Assembly (NCBI GenBank): GCA_963806225.1
Contig: CAWDXG010000001.1
Coordinates: 1,632,001-1,696,000 of the forward strand
Length of the DNA: 64,000 nucleotides
Origin: an uncultured delta proteobacterium
GTDB taxonomy: Bacteria; Myxococcota_A; Polyangia; Polyangiales; Polyangiaceae
Reading direction: 5' to 3'
Position 1 is the stretch's first letter. Each line of letters opens with the position of its first letter. A model generated the notes under the pieces. It did not search any database and had not been told where the DNA came from. It saw only the letters and a program-made list of their open reading frames with translations. Both the position numbers and the translations under genes were made by a program. Shown here one piece after another: positions 1 to 11,483 of this stretch.

Positions 1-318
1 GCGCGCGTCGGTGATTCCCAGAAGGGCGTCGGCGACCCGGGCCGGGTCCTCTTTCAGGTGTGCCCCTGCGGGCTGCTTCTTCTCGACCGCCTCCTGGTAG
101 ATCGGGTCCAGCGCGTCCAGGAAGTCGTCCAGCAGATGGTCGACCACCTCGCGCACGAAGCCCGGTTTGATGCCCCGCACGAGCTTGTAGCCCCCCTTGA
201 TGGCCAGGCCCGACACGCCGCTCTTGTCGGCGACCTCCAGGTCCAGCACCTTGCAGGCGTCGTCGATCACCGCCGTGCGCTTTTCGCCGCTTCCCAGGAG
301 CTCTTTCAGACTCGCCAT
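1..318 (-). CDS. Conserved hypothetical protein (DUF6918-like), runs off the window start
   Basis: Translated by hand, not in the ORF track: ATG at 318, MASLKELLGSGEKRTAVIDDACKVLDLEVADKSGVSGLAIKGGYKLVRGIKPGFVREVVDHLLDDF..., open to position 1 with GC3-rich codons. Confidence 0.75.
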   Translation of the reverse strand, partial: MASLKELLGSGEKRTAVIDDACKVLDLEVADKSGVSGLAIKGGYKLVRGIKPGFVREVVDHLLDDFLDALDPIYQEAVEKKQPAGAHLKEDPARVADALLGITDAR

Positions 319-594
319 GATGCCACCGCTATCTGTGTAGGGAGCGGCGTGGTTAGCATTACCCGGCGGCGGATCAAAGCTCGGGATCGCCGCCGGCGCG
401 TGTCGTGGCATGTAGGGAAATCCCACCCATTTCGCGGGGAGCTCGGGTCGCGGCTGCTTGACGGGCTCCAGCGTGGGTGCGCTTAATCGGAAAAAAGCGT
501 AGTAATATAGCATCCAAAGCTGTCAACCCAGACGCGCGGCGCGGTTCGGGCTCGTCCTGACGTGTGCGCTTCGAGCCGCAACGACATTGCCACG

Positions 595-2221
<1,627 letters not shown>

Positions 2222-2264
2222 GCCAGCTGTCGGGCGCGCGCGCTGTCGCGCGCCTCGGCCGCGG

Positions 2265-3521
2265 CTACTTCTTGACCTTGCGGATGACCCCGTTGCTCGT
2301 CGAATACACGATCTCGTTCGGGCCCACCGCGATGTCGTCCACTCCGTTGTCCTGGGGCGCGATCTGCACAACGTCGTAGCCCCCGATGGGCGTGGTGAAG
2401 ATCCCCCCGCCGTCGAAGTTGTTCGATGCGTCCCCCGCGGCGGCCCAGACGACAGTGCTGTCGTAGACCGCGATGCGACCGATCTGCGTGTAGCCCCACG
2501 CGATGAACTGCTCGGCAGCGTTGCTGCCGTCGCAGGCCTTGCCCGACAGCGGGTTCTGCCACACCTCGCCGTTGCTCCGCGTGTAGTAGATGTTGCTCGA
2601 GTCCGACGTGATGTCCACGGCGTCGGTGATCTGCTTTGCGAGCGCTGGGCTGGCTTTCGAGCCGCCCGCGGTCGGCAGGACCCACACACCACCGTTGTTG
2701 ATGAAGTAGACGCAGCCGTGGCTCATCGTGATTGGCCCGCCGGTCTGGTTGTTGGCGTCGGCCACCGTCAGCACCTGGGCCTGGCTGACGCCGCCGGCCA
2801 GCGAGAACCTGAGCACCAGCGGCGCGCCGGAAACGGGGGCGCGCGTGCTGACGTAGGCGTAGGTGTCGTTGCCCGCGACGATGCCGACCGTCCGTCCGAA
2901 TCCGGTGCTGGTCGTGATCGGCTGCTCGGGGTTCGCTGAACCGCCGGGGTCCTTCAGGAAGCGCCCGAGCACGCCGTTGTCGGTCTGGGTTGCGCCCGCG
3001 TAGTAGATGTACAGAGAGCTACTCGGGGCGACCATCGCCTGGGGCGCGCTCAGGTTGGCGCTGGTCACGATTGTGGCCTGGCCGCCGGCAAGCGGAATAC
3101 TCGATAGCGTTGCCTTGGCGTAGGTGGACGAGTAGTCCGTGACGAACACCGTCGTGTTGTCGACGGCCACGATGCGGCGGCCGGTGCCGCCCGCCAGGTT
3201 CGTTACGGGGTGCTGGGACTTGTCGTAGGCCGTGAACCCGGCTTCGGGGCGCGCGTCCACGATGGCGTCCGCGGCACCGTCGGTCGCCGCGTCACCGCTG
3301 ACGCCGCCCCCGCCGTCGACCTGGCCGCCGCTTCCGCCGGTCGAGGCGTCTGTTCCCGCACTGCCGCCGCTGCCGGCGGAGGCGTCGGGATTTCCGTGAT
3401 TCTGTCCGATGCGGGATTCGTCCAGGGTTCTGAGGCAGCCCGGAGCGACCAGCAGAACGGGACCCAGAAAGCCAATCAAGAAGCCAAGCAGGGGCCGGGA
3501 GCGCAACATATCGAGAGCCAT
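2265..3521 (-). CDS. Lipoprotein with Gly/Asp linker and beta-propeller-like repeat domain
   Basis: Hydrophobic signal with lipobox-like APGC, GGSGG/DAG linker, repeats such as ITSDSSNIYYT and IAVYDSTVVWA; start could be 3521 or 3509. Confidence 0.7.
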   Translation of the reverse strand: MALDMLRSRPLLGFLIGFLGPVLLVAPGCLRTLDESRIGQNHGNPDASAGSGGSAGTDASTGGSGGQVDGGGGVSGDAATDGAADAIVDARPEAGFTAYDKSQHPVTNLAGGTGRRIVAVDNTTVFVTDYSSTYAKATLSSIPLAGGQATIVTSANLSAPQAMVAPSSSLYIYYAGATQTDNGVLGRFLKDPGGSANPEQPITTSTGFGRTVGIVAGNDTYAYVSTRAPVSGAPLVLRFSLAGGVSQAQVLTVADANNQTGGPITMSHGCVYFINNGGVWVLPTAGGSKASPALAKQITDAVDITSDSSNIYYTRSNGEVWQNPLSGKACDGSNAAEQFIAWGYTQIGRIAVYDSTVVWAAAGDASNNFDGGGIFTTPIGGYDVVQIAPQDNGVDDIAVGPNEIVYSTSNGVIRKVKK

Positions 3522-3549
3522 GATAGCATCACGGAAGGACTGCTGAGCC

Positions 3550-4567
3550 ATGTGGCCTCTTCGTACACGTTCCAGCGCTGCCTTTGTCGCCTCGCTCCTG
3601 CTCCTGGGGGCAGGGCCGGCCTGGGCGGGCAATGGCGCGGCCCGCAAGGGGAGCAAGGCGCACAGCTCCGCTGGTGCTTCCAGCGGTGACGCCGCTGCCG
3701 ATGCCCGCCGTTTCTTCGAAGCCGCCCAGAAGGCTTTCGACGCCGGGCGCTACGTCGATGCGGCGAGAGCTTTCGAGGACGCCTTCCACCTCAAGCCTCA
3801 TCCGGCACCGCTGATCAACGCGGGGGACGCCTGGGAAAAGGCAGGTGAGTATGCGAAGGCCGCCCAGGATTTCCAGCAGGTGCTCGGGCTCAAGCAATCC
3901 ACCGATCAGGATTCGAGCCGACGCCATCGACAGGCTGGCACGCCTCAAGCCCCAGCTCGGGACCATCGAGCTTCTGGGCAAGGCCGGGCAGCGCGTCCGC
4001 GTCGACGACAACGAATTCAAGGGTGGCGACAAGGTCTACGTGTTCCCCGGCAAGCACAAGGTGACCCTTCTCGATGTGGACGGCGCCAGGCTCCGCACGC
4101 TCGACGTGGCTGCCGGTACGGTCCGCAGCGTCGAGCTTTCCACGCTGATGCCCACCGAGGAGGAGATCCAGCAGCAGCACGCAAGCCACGCCGGTGGCGG
4201 CGCTCACGGCGGCGGCGGTGGTATCCGCCCCCTGACGTGGGTCGCGTACGGCGTGGGCGTCGTGGGGCTGGCGGGCACGGCAGTGTTCGGCTTGCAGGCC
4301 AACAGCGCCGCCAACTCTTTCGACCAGAACCCGAACCGTGACGACTACAATCGCTTCAACCAGGACAAGCTCCTGACGAACATCAGCCTAGGGGTCGGTG
4401 TCGTCGGGGTCGGAGTCGGCACCGTGCTGCTCCTGTCTGATCTGAAACGATCCAGAACGGCGCCCCAGAGCGACACTTCCCGCACCCGGCATGGGGGAAG
4501 CGTCGCGGTCGACGTCGCCCCGCTTCCCCGGGGTGGTGGTATGGTTACGGCGAGGGGTCGGTTCTGA
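3550..4567 (+). CDS. Exported TPR + PEGA-like protein ending in a beta-signal-like GRF; frameshift near 3912
   Basis: Signal peptide (AWA), TPR-like helices (ARRFFEAAQKAFDAGRYVDAARAFEDAF), RVRVDD...PGKHKV segment, hydrophobic hairpin, ends MVTARGRF. Confidence 0.7.
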
Positions 4568-4629
4568 ATCGCGTCGGGTCTGGGCCTGCATCGGGCGAAG
4601 GCGCAGGGACCGCTGGCCCTGGGTGCGCC

Positions 4630-6099
4630 ATGTCAAGAGCCGCGTTCGAAGCCGCGCCCTATTCCCAGGCGGTCGTCGACAGCGACGGGCGGATTCTGCT
4701 GGCCAGCCGCACCTTCCGCGAGTGGTTCGGCGAGGACTGCGTCGGGCGTGTGGTCGAGGAAGCCGTCGGTGCCGCCAGCGCAGGTCTGGCGTCGAAGCTG
4801 CGCGCGCTTTGTTCGGAGCGGCACAGCTTCCATGTGCAGGACATGCTGCTCAGGGTGGAGGGGCGCGAGCTCAGGGTTGAAGCCAGCGGGCAGGCGCTGG
4901 GCGAGGGCGGCGAGAGCCTGCTGGTACTGCTCGACCTGACCCAGCGCGTGTCCGAGTCGACGGCGCTTGCACAGCGCGAACGCAGCGAGTCGATCGCACG
5001 TTTTGCCGGAGGGCTTGCGCACGATCTGAACAACATGCTGGCCGCGATCGTGGCGACGGCGCAGGCCGGGCGGGCCGACGTGCGCGAACGCGTGGGCGAT
5101 GCGGCCCAGGACTTCTCGGCAATCATCGACGAGGCCGAGCGCGGAGCGTCGCTGGCGCGCTCGCTGCACGCGATCGCGTTCGACGACACGGGCAGCTGGC
5201 GCCCGGTCGACCTGCGAGCGGAGCTGCGCGCCGTGGCCGCCGTGCTCGGCCGCGGCAGTGCGTCGGTGCCGATCGTGCTCGATGTCGACGAGACGACTCC
5301 CGACGTCGTGGGCGATCGCGCTCGCCTCCACCAGCTCGTGCTGAACCTCCTGGTCAACGCCCGGGACGCTGTCCGACCTGTCGGCGGCGGCATCGAGGTT
5401 TCGGTGGGGTCATCGAATTCCGGTGGCGTGCGTCTGGTCGTCGCGGACTCCGGGCCCGGGATCCCCGCCGAGCTTCGGGAGCGGGTGTTCGAACCGTACT
5501 TCACCACCAAGGGCAAACGTCTGGACAGCGGACAGGGCTGGGGCATCGGGCTCGGCCTGACCATCGTCGAGGCCGTCGCACGCTCGACCGACGCGTCGCT
5601 GGGATTCGATGATCGACCGGGTGGGGGTACGGTTTTCATAGTGGAGTGGCCGCCCACCGCGGTCGTGACGGCGAGCGCCGTGGAAGTCCTGAAGCCGAAG
5701 CCGGCTGCCTCGCCCGCGCAGGTGCTGATGGCCGACGATGAAGCCGCGCTCGTCGGCGCCGTGGCCCGGCAGCTCCGCCGTACCGGGCACTTCGTCTACG
5801 TGGCGATGAGCGCGACCGAATGCCAGCGGCTGTTCGACGAGTACCAGTCATCGCTCGATGTGGTCGTGATCGACGTGATGCTAGGGCACGGGGACGGTCG
5901 ACGCCTCGCGGAGCAGTTCAGGATTGCCCGACCGGATCTCGGCATCGTGCTGATCTCGGCCACGGCGGGGTCGTCGAGTGCCGGGAGTGCGGTTCCCGAT
6001 CGGATCCTCGCCAAGCCGTTCGATGTCGCCGAGCTGGTCGAGGCGATCGAACGGGCGCGGGAGGCGGGGCGGACGCGCAGCGAGGTGTCGTCGTCCTGA
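4630..6099 (+). CDS. Hybrid sensor histidine kinase (PAS-like, HisKA, HATPase, REC)
   Basis: H-box GGLAHDLNNML, N-box NLLVNARDA, DSGPG, FEPYFTTK, GLGL; receiver MADDE...VIDVML...KPF. Confidence 0.92.
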   Translation: MSRAAFEAAPYSQAVVDSDGRILLASRTFREWFGEDCVGRVVEEAVGAASAGLASKLRALCSERHSFHVQDMLLRVEGRELRVEASGQALGEGGESLLVLLDLTQRVSESTALAQRERSESIARFAGGLAHDLNNMLAAIVATAQAGRADVRERVGDAAQDFSAIIDEAERGASLARSLHAIAFDDTGSWRPVDLRAELRAVAAVLGRGSASVPIVLDVDETTPDVVGDRARLHQLVLNLLVNARDAVRPVGGGIEVSVGSSNSGGVRLVVADSGPGIPAELRERVFEPYFTTKGKRLDSGQGWGIGLGLTIVEAVARSTDASLGFDDRPGGGTVFIVEWPPTAVVTASAVEVLKPKPAASPAQVLMADDEAALVGAVARQLRRTGHFVYVAMSATECQRLFDEYQSSLDVVVIDVMLGHGDGRRLAEQFRIARPDLGIVLISATAGSSSAGSAVPDRILAKPFDVAELVEAIERAREAGRTRSEVSSS

Positions 6100-6154
6100 T
6101 GTCGCTCGAATCACCCGTCCCCAAGCGAGCCCGGGCGTCGGCGCCCTCCGGGTC

Positions 6155-6182
6155 TTGGCAGAAAGGCTGCACGCGGTAGAAT
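6155..6182 (+). promoter_or_regulatory. Overlapping candidate sigma70 (TTGGCA-N16-TAGAAT) and sigma54 (TGGCAG-N5-CTGCA) promoter elements upstream of the FHA activator
   Basis: Direct sequence match at 6155-6182; GG-N10-GC spacing at 6157-6170. Confidence 0.4.
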
Positions 6183-6191
6183 GAGGGCGAA

Positions 6192-7514
6192 ATGGCGGAA
6201 GTGACCGAGACGCGCCGCTGGCCGGAGCGATCCGCTTCTGCGCGTCCGGTCATCGGCGTCGTGCCGGTGTTCACGGAGGCCGGTCAGCATCGGCTGGCGG
6301 GCCCGCAGCCCGTCACCTCGGTGCTGCGCGTGGGCCGCCAGGAGGGGCTCGCCCTCCGCCTCGACGATTCGCAGGTGTCCCGCGAGCATGCCGACTTCTA
6401 CCCGGCCGAGAACGGGATCGGGGTCGCCGACCTGGGAAGCCGCAACGGCACGTTCGTGGACGGACAGCGGGTGGGCGAGGAGCAGACCTTCGCTCCGGTG
6501 GGAGCTTGCGTGCGCTGCGGCAAGACGCTGCTCACGGTGGTGGAGGACGTCGAGCTGTTCGAGCGGGAGCCGCCGTGCTCGGAGCCGCCGCTGGTGGGCA
6601 GCGCGCGCATGGCGGACGTCCGTCGGCTGCTGGCGACCGTCGCGCCCTTTTCCCACACGGTGCTCCTGCTGGGCGAAACCGGCACCGGGAAGGAGCGCGT
6701 CGCCGAGGCGCTACACGCATCCAGCGGGCGCAGCGGCGCCTACATTCCGGTCAATTGCAGCGCGATTCCGCACAATCTCGTGGAGTCCGAGCTGTTCGGG
6801 CACACGCGTGGGGCTTTCTCGGGTTCAGAGGGCGCGCGTGCGGGACTGTTCCGCGAGGCGGAAGGCGGCACCCTGTTTCTGGACGAGATCGCCGATCTGC
6901 CGCTGCCCGCACAGGCGAAGCTGCTGCGCGCACTGGAGAGCGGCGAGGTGCGCGCAGTCGGCGAGGACCGTCCGCGGATCGTCGACGTGCGCGTGATCAC
7001 GGCCACCAACGCAAACCTGGACGAGATGGCGCAGGCGGGCAGCTTCCGCGTCGATCTGCTGCATCGCATCTCGACCTGGCAGATCGTGCTGCCCAGGCTT
7101 CAGGACCGGAAGGAAGACATCCCGCTCCTCGCCGCGCATTTCCTGGGTTCGGACGCGCGGGAGTTCTCGGTGGAGGTCATGGAGCGGCTGGTCATGTGGA
7201 CCTGGCCAGGCAACGTTCGGGAGCTGCGCAGTGCCGTGATGACGGCCTCCGCGCGGGCCGCGTTCGAAGCCGAGTCGCAGATCCTCGTCTCGCATCTTCC
7301 GCCGGGGATCGCGAGCGGCACGCCAGCGAGGCCGTCCGCCGTACCCGAGGTGTCGAACGAGGACGCGACGTTCCGCGCGCGCGTCGAGACGGCGCTCGAG
7401 CTCCGCAACGGCAACGTCGCCCAGGTGGCCCGGGATCTGGGCTGCGGTCGGCCGTGGCTGTACCAGGAGCTGAAGCGGCTCGACATCGACGTGAACGCCT
7501 ACCGCAAGCGGTAG
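6192..7514 (+). CDS. FHA-domain sigma54-dependent transcriptional activator (FHA, AAA+, Fis-type HTH)
   Basis: FHA motifs VGR, VSREHA, DLGSRNGTFVDG; Walker A GETGTGKE; ESELFGH-GAFSGS; FLDEI; WPGNVREL; C-terminal HTH. Confidence 0.93.
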   Translation: MAEVTETRRWPERSASARPVIGVVPVFTEAGQHRLAGPQPVTSVLRVGRQEGLALRLDDSQVSREHADFYPAENGIGVADLGSRNGTFVDGQRVGEEQTFAPVGACVRCGKTLLTVVEDVELFEREPPCSEPPLVGSARMADVRRLLATVAPFSHTVLLLGETGTGKERVAEALHASSGRSGAYIPVNCSAIPHNLVESELFGHTRGAFSGSEGARAGLFREAEGGTLFLDEIADLPLPAQAKLLRALESGEVRAVGEDRPRIVDVRVITATNANLDEMAQAGSFRVDLLHRISTWQIVLPRLQDRKEDIPLLAAHFLGSDAREFSVEVMERLVMWTWPGNVRELRSAVMTASARAAFEAESQILVSHLPPGIASGTPARPSAVPEVSNEDATFRARVETALELRNGNVAQVARDLGCGRPWLYQELKRLDIDVNAYRKR

Positions 7515-7530
7515 ATTCGCCGCGGTCATG

Positions 7531-7554
7531 GTGTCAGCGCACGTGTCCTGACAC
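7531..7554. promoter_or_regulatory. Candidate enhancer (UAS) copy 1
   Basis: GTGTCAGCGCACGTGTCCTGACAC inverted repeat; core TGTCCTGACA shared with 11314-11337 and 17104-17127. Confidence 0.65.
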
Positions 7555-7660
7555 TCGTGGTGCCACGAAACAGCAGGAATCCTGCTGCGATCGCGACTGG
7601 CGGTGTCAGTGGAGGGGGCCCGTGCGGCTATGCGTGCGGCGATTTCCAGCGAAAACGCAA

Positions 7661-7676
7661 TGGAACGCGGCGTGCA
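7661..7676 (+). promoter_or_regulatory. sigma54 -24/-12 promoter
   Basis: TGGAACGCGGCGTGCA (GG-N10-GC), followed by GGAGG RBS at 7690 and ATG at 7703. Confidence 0.7.
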
Positions 7677-7702
7677 GTGCGGTCCCGTCGGAGGTTTCTG
7701 TC

Positions 7703-10700
7703 ATGGTTCCGTCTGGACAAGATCGCACGATTTCGTTGCCCGTACCCGCCGCCGCGACGCGGCGCATGCCTGGGTTTTTGACCTGGATGGTGTGTGCGCT
7801 TGTCGGGATGCTGCTGCCGGCCTGCGCGGTGCAGTCGCTGGGCGACAGCGCGGAGCAGTCGTCCGCGCTCCCGCCGCAAGGCGCCGTGTCCACCGGAAGC
7901 AGCGAGCCGGTCGCCACCACACAAGAGGCCCTCTCCTCCATCAGCTGCAAGATGCACGGCGCTACCGGCTACAAGTCGGGAACGCCGTTCAAGATCAAGG
8001 TCGTCACGGTGGATGGCAAGTCGGTCGAGTGGGCGACCGCCAACGCGTACCTCTCGATGGCGAAGGCCGCCGCCAAGGCCGGCGTGCAGCTCCGCATTGT
8101 CAGCGGCTTCCGGACCATGGCGGAGCAGCAGCACCTCTACTACTGCTACACGTCATGCAGCTGCAACGGCTGCAACCTGGCGGCGGTTCCGGGGACGAGC
8201 AACCACCAGAGCGGGCACGCACTGGATCTGAACACCAGCACGCCCGGCGTCTACAGCTGGCTCGACAAGCACGCGGCCCACTTCGGCTTCAAGCGCACGG
8301 TGCCGGGCGAGTCCTGGCACTGGGAGTGGTGGGGCAAGGACCGCGGCATCGGACCGTGCAACGGCCACACGCTCGAGGCGAAGCTGGCCCGGCGCTGGAG
8401 CAACGCGCGGCGCTACCACGGCAAGGCGGCGAACTACCTGGCCTGCACAGGCGACAAGGTCCGGTTCACCTTCACGTTCAAGAACGTGGGGTCGGCGACG
8501 TGGCGCGATGTCAAGAAGCGCGGGCACGGCGTGGGTAGCGACGTGTTCCTGGTCACCGCGAACGGCAGGAAGGACCCGCTCACGCACCACAAGCGCTACA
8601 GCATCCGCTGGAACAAGAACCGGCACGTGCGCGGCGGTCACAAGGCGCCGAACTGCAGCACGAAGAACGGCTGCCGCAAGACGACCTTCATCCGCCGCGG
8701 CATGCTGGGCAGGGCACCGAAGAAGCCGGGCATCTACCGCTCACGCTGGCGCCTGCGCGACTACAGCAAGGTGTGGGGCAAGCACTCCAAGGGGTTCGGG
8801 CCGAAGGCACAGATCAAGCTCAAGGTCATCAAGTGCGACCAGCCTTCCGGGGAATGCGGTTGCCGGGTGTGGTGCAGCGATGGCAAGAGCCACAAGCTGT
8901 CGTCGAGCATCCAGAGCGATGCACAGTGCAAGACGGCGGCGGCCAACTACTGCCGTCCCGGTCAGGGCCAGGGCTCGCTCTACCTGTACAGCTACCGGGC
9001 CTGTCAGGTCGCGGGCAACACGCCTCAGGGCGGAGCCGGGGGAACGACCAGCACGGCTTCGGACAGCAGTGCAAGCGCCAGCGCGTCGTCGAACGGCGGC
9101 GCGGGCGGTGCGGACGCCACCGGCGGCGGCGGCTCCGCGGGCGCGGAGCAGGCGTCCTACGACCCTGGCGACGAGAACGACCCGAACAGCATCGGCCCGA
9201 CGGACGACGGCAGCCCGGCCGAGGCAGTGGGCACCGAGCTGCCCGACAATCCCGACTTCGTGGACGACGGGTACCCCGGATACGACCCGATCACCGACGC
9301 GGCCGGCGGCAAGGGCTGCAGCGTGGCGGGTGCGGCGGGCAGCCCGGCGAGCCCCGGACCTCTACCGTTCATGCTCGCGGGCTTGGCCGGCCTGCTGGTG
9401 ATCCGCCGTCGGCGGGCGCCGCGTCCGCGCCGTCGCAGTATGCGGCGAGTCGCACTGACAGGCCTCCTGCCGCTCCTCGTGTTGCTCTTCGTCGGCTGCG
9501 GCGACGAGCGGGGAGAGCCGGCGCACGCCGGTTATGACCTCGGTTCGACCAGCGAAGCACTGAGCAAGAAGTGCGGCAAGGGCAAGTACAGCAGTGTGCA
9601 GGGCATGGACGTTTCCGAGTTCCAGCAGACCGTGAACTGGAAGGCCATGCGCCACAGCGGCATCGACTTCGCTTTCGCCCGCGTGAGCTACGGCACCGGC
9701 CACATCGATCCGTACTTCAAGTCGAACTGGAAGCGCATGAAGGCCGCGGGCGTCCTGCGCGGCGTCTACCAGTACTTCCTGCCGTCCCAGAGTGCGAGCG
9801 CGCAGGCCAAGCTCGTGGTGAAGTACGTGGGCAAGCTCGGTCGCGGGGACCTGCCCGCCATGATCGACGTGGAGACCAGCGACGGCCAATCGGCCTCGAC
9901 CGTCGCCTCGAAGGTCAAGACCTGGCTCCAGATCGTCGAGAAAGGGACCGGCAAGCGCCCGATCATCTACACCGGTGCCTACTTCTGGGAGGGGAGCGTC
10001 CGGAGCAAGAGCTTCTCGAAGTACCCGCTGTGGATCGCCGCGTACGGGCCGAGCTGTCCTTCGGTGCCGAACGGCTGGGGGAATTGGAAGATCTGGCAGT
10101 ACTGCGACGGTCAGAAGCAGTACTGTTCGAACGGGCATGGCTTCGACCGCGATGTGTTCAATGGCTCGAAGGCCGACCTCTTGAAGCTGGCGGACGGCAA
10201 CAAGACGATCAAGGCCAAGGCCATCCGGAAGTGGAGCAATGCGCGGCGCTACCACGGCAAGGCCGCCGACTACCTGGCCTGCACCGGCGACAAGGTGAGG
10301 ATGAGCTTCACGTTCAAGAACGTCGGGACGGCAACGTGGCGCGACGTGACCGGACGCGGAAAGAACGTCGGCAGTGACGTGTTCCTGGTCACGGCCAGCG
10401 GCAAGAAGGACCGCGTCACCGGCCACAAGCGCTACAGCATCCGCTGGAACAAGAACCACCACGTGCGCGGAGACAAGAAGGCGCCCAACTGCAGCAAGAA
10501 GAACGGCTGCCGCAAGACGACGTTCATCAGCGGCGGCATCGTGGGCCACGCGCCGAAGAAGCCTGGCATCTACCGTTCGCGCTGGCGCCTGCGCGACTAC
10601 AGCAAGGCCTGGGGCAAGCACTCCAAGGGCTTCGGCCCGAAGGTGCAGATCAAGCTCAAGGTCATCAAGTGCGAGCAGCAGGACTGCGGCTGCCAGGCGT

Positions 10701-11227
10701 GGTGCAGCGACGGCAAGGCGCACCAGCTGTCGTCGAGCATCCAGAGCGACGCGGCGTGCAAGCAGGCCGCGGCCAACTACTGCCGTCCGGGCAACGGCGG
10801 GGGCGCGCTGTACCTGTACAGCTACAAGGTCTGCCAGGCCGGCGTCGGCGGAGCGACCAGCACCGCATCCGACCCGAACGGCGGCGCCTCCGCGGACACC
10901 TCGAGCGGCGGCGCGGGCGGAGCGGCAGGTGCCGGCGGCGCGGCGGGGGACCCGGGCAGCGGCGGCGCGTCCGACGACGTGGGCGGTGCGGACGACCCGA
11001 ACACCATCCCGATCGTGGACAACGGCGACGACTCGCAGGTCGAGGACGATCCGGGCTTCAGCGACGATGGCTTCAACGGCGACGCGGACTCGACGGGGAG
11101 CGTGCCGCCCCAGGGTTGTTCCGTTGCTGGTCCGGGACGACGCGGCGGCACGCCGGCGGCGGCGGCCTTGCTGCTGCTCGCGGCGCTGGTCGAGGTCCGG
11201 AAGCGGAGCCGGCGTCGCAGGGCTTGA
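7703..11227 (+). CDS. Tandem peptidoglycan-hydrolase ORF. Module 1 (7703-~9439): lipoprotein, M15/VanY-like Zn peptidase, NBR1-Ig-like domain, MYXO-CTERM-like tail. Module 2 (9440-11227): lipoprotein, GH25 muramidase, same domains. May be two genes
   Basis: M15 motifs SGFR, SNHQSGHALD, ESWHW; GH25 motifs GMDVSEFQ, AMIDVE, LWIAAY, WQY, DRDVF; lipoboxes LPAC and FVGC; two GCSV...hydrophobic...RRRR tails. Confidence 0.85.
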   Translation: MVPSGQDRTISLPVPAAATRRMPGFLTWMVCALVGMLLPACAVQSLGDSAEQSSALPPQGAVSTGSSEPVATTQEALSSISCKMHGATGYKSGTPFKIKVVTVDGKSVEWATANAYLSMAKAAAKAGVQLRIVSGFRTMAEQQHLYYCYTSCSCNGCNLAAVPGTSNHQSGHALDLNTSTPGVYSWLDKHAAHFGFKRTVPGESWHWEWWGKDRGIGPCNGHTLEAKLARRWSNARRYHGKAANYLACTGDKVRFTFTFKNVGSATWRDVKKRGHGVGSDVFLVTANGRKDPLTHHKRYSIRWNKNRHVRGGHKAPNCSTKNGCRKTTFIRRGMLGRAPKKPGIYRSRWRLRDYSKVWGKHSKGFGPKAQIKLKVIKCDQPSGECGCRVWCSDGKSHKLSSSIQSDAQCKTAAANYCRPGQGQGSLYLYSYRACQVAGNTPQGGAGGTTSTASDSSASASASSNGGAGGADATGGGGSAGAEQASYDPGDENDPNSIGPTDDGSPAEAVGTELPDNPDFVDDGYPGYDPITDAAGGKGCSVAGAAGSPASPGPLPFMLAGLAGLLVIRRRRAPRPRRRSMRRVALTGLLPLLVLLFVGCGDERGEPAHAGYDLGSTSEALSKKCGKGKYSSVQGMDVSEFQQTVNWKAMRHSGIDFAFARVSYGTGHIDPYFKSNWKRMKAAGVLRGVYQYFLPSQSASAQAKLVVKYVGKLGRGDLPAMIDVETSDGQSASTVASKVKTWLQIVEKGTGKRPIIYTGAYFWEGSVRSKSFSKYPLWIAAYGPSCPSVPNGWGNWKIWQYCDGQKQYCSNGHGFDRDVFNGSKADLLKLADGNKTIKAKAIRKWSNARRYHGKAADYLACTGDKVRMSFTFKNVGTATWRDVTGRGKNVGSDVFLVTASGKKDRVTGHKRYSIRWNKNHHVRGDKKAPNCSKKNGCRKTTFISGGIVGHAPKKPGIYRSRWRLRDYSKAWGKHSKGFGPKVQIKLKVIKCEQQDCGCQAWCSDGKAHQLSSSIQSDAACKQAAANYCRPGNGGGALYLYSYKVCQAGVGGATSTASDPNGGASADTSSGGAGGAAGAGGAAGDPGSGGASDDVGGADDPNTIPIVDNGDDSQVEDDPGFSDDGFNGDADSTGSVPPQGCSVAGPGRRGGTPAAAALLLLAALVEVRKRSRRRRA
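8396..9010 (+). repeat. Shared ~610 bp domain cassette, copy 1 of 4
   Basis: Encodes WSNARRYHGK...FKNVGSATW...APKKPGIYRSRWRLRDYS...GFGPK...C-G-C..WCSDGK...NYC; long identical DNA stretches shared with copies 2 and 3. Confidence 0.95.
10232..10840 (+). repeat. Shared domain cassette, copy 2 of 4
   Basis: Same DNA and protein block as 8396-9010. Confidence 0.95.
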
Positions 11228-11241
11228 GCGCGTCGTCCAGC

Positions 11242-11292
11242 GTGCCGCGCCGTCGCCGCCCGTCGGGGGAAGGCGACGGCGCGGCGCTTTGT
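11242..11292 (+). terminator. Intrinsic terminator-like hairpin after the M15/GH25 ORF
   Basis: 16-bp stem GTGCCGCGCCGTCGCC / GGCGACGGCGCGGCGC followed by TTTGT. Confidence 0.65.
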
Positions 11293-11313
11293 GGCCGGAG
11301 GCGCGTTTCGAGC

Positions 11314-11337
11314 GGTGTTCTCGACATGTTCTGACAC
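11314..11337. promoter_or_regulatory. Candidate enhancer (UAS) copy 2
   Basis: TGTTCTCGACA-TGTTCTGACA tandem sites. Confidence 0.65.
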
Positions 11338-11443
11338 CGGGCGGGGTGAAAACCGCTGGAAGAGCCCTGAAATCGCGCTGCGCACTGTAGGCGAGGTCCC
11401 CGGCGGTCCGGGCAAAATCACGTAGTTTCAACTGCTTACAGAG

Positions 11444-11459
11444 CGGAACGGGTCCTGCA
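11444..11459 (+). promoter_or_regulatory. sigma54 -24/-12 promoter
   Basis: CGGAACGGGTCCTGCA (GG-N10-GC), GGAGG RBS at 11472, ATG at 11484. Confidence 0.65.
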
Positions 11460-11483
11460 AAGAAGCTGCCCGGAGGTCAAGAC

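Noticed and set aside
6506..7702. N-terminal 399 aa of the 1573-aa ORF
   Set aside because: Off-frame shadow of the FHA activator plus intergenic DNA; the promoter and RBS point to ATG 7703.
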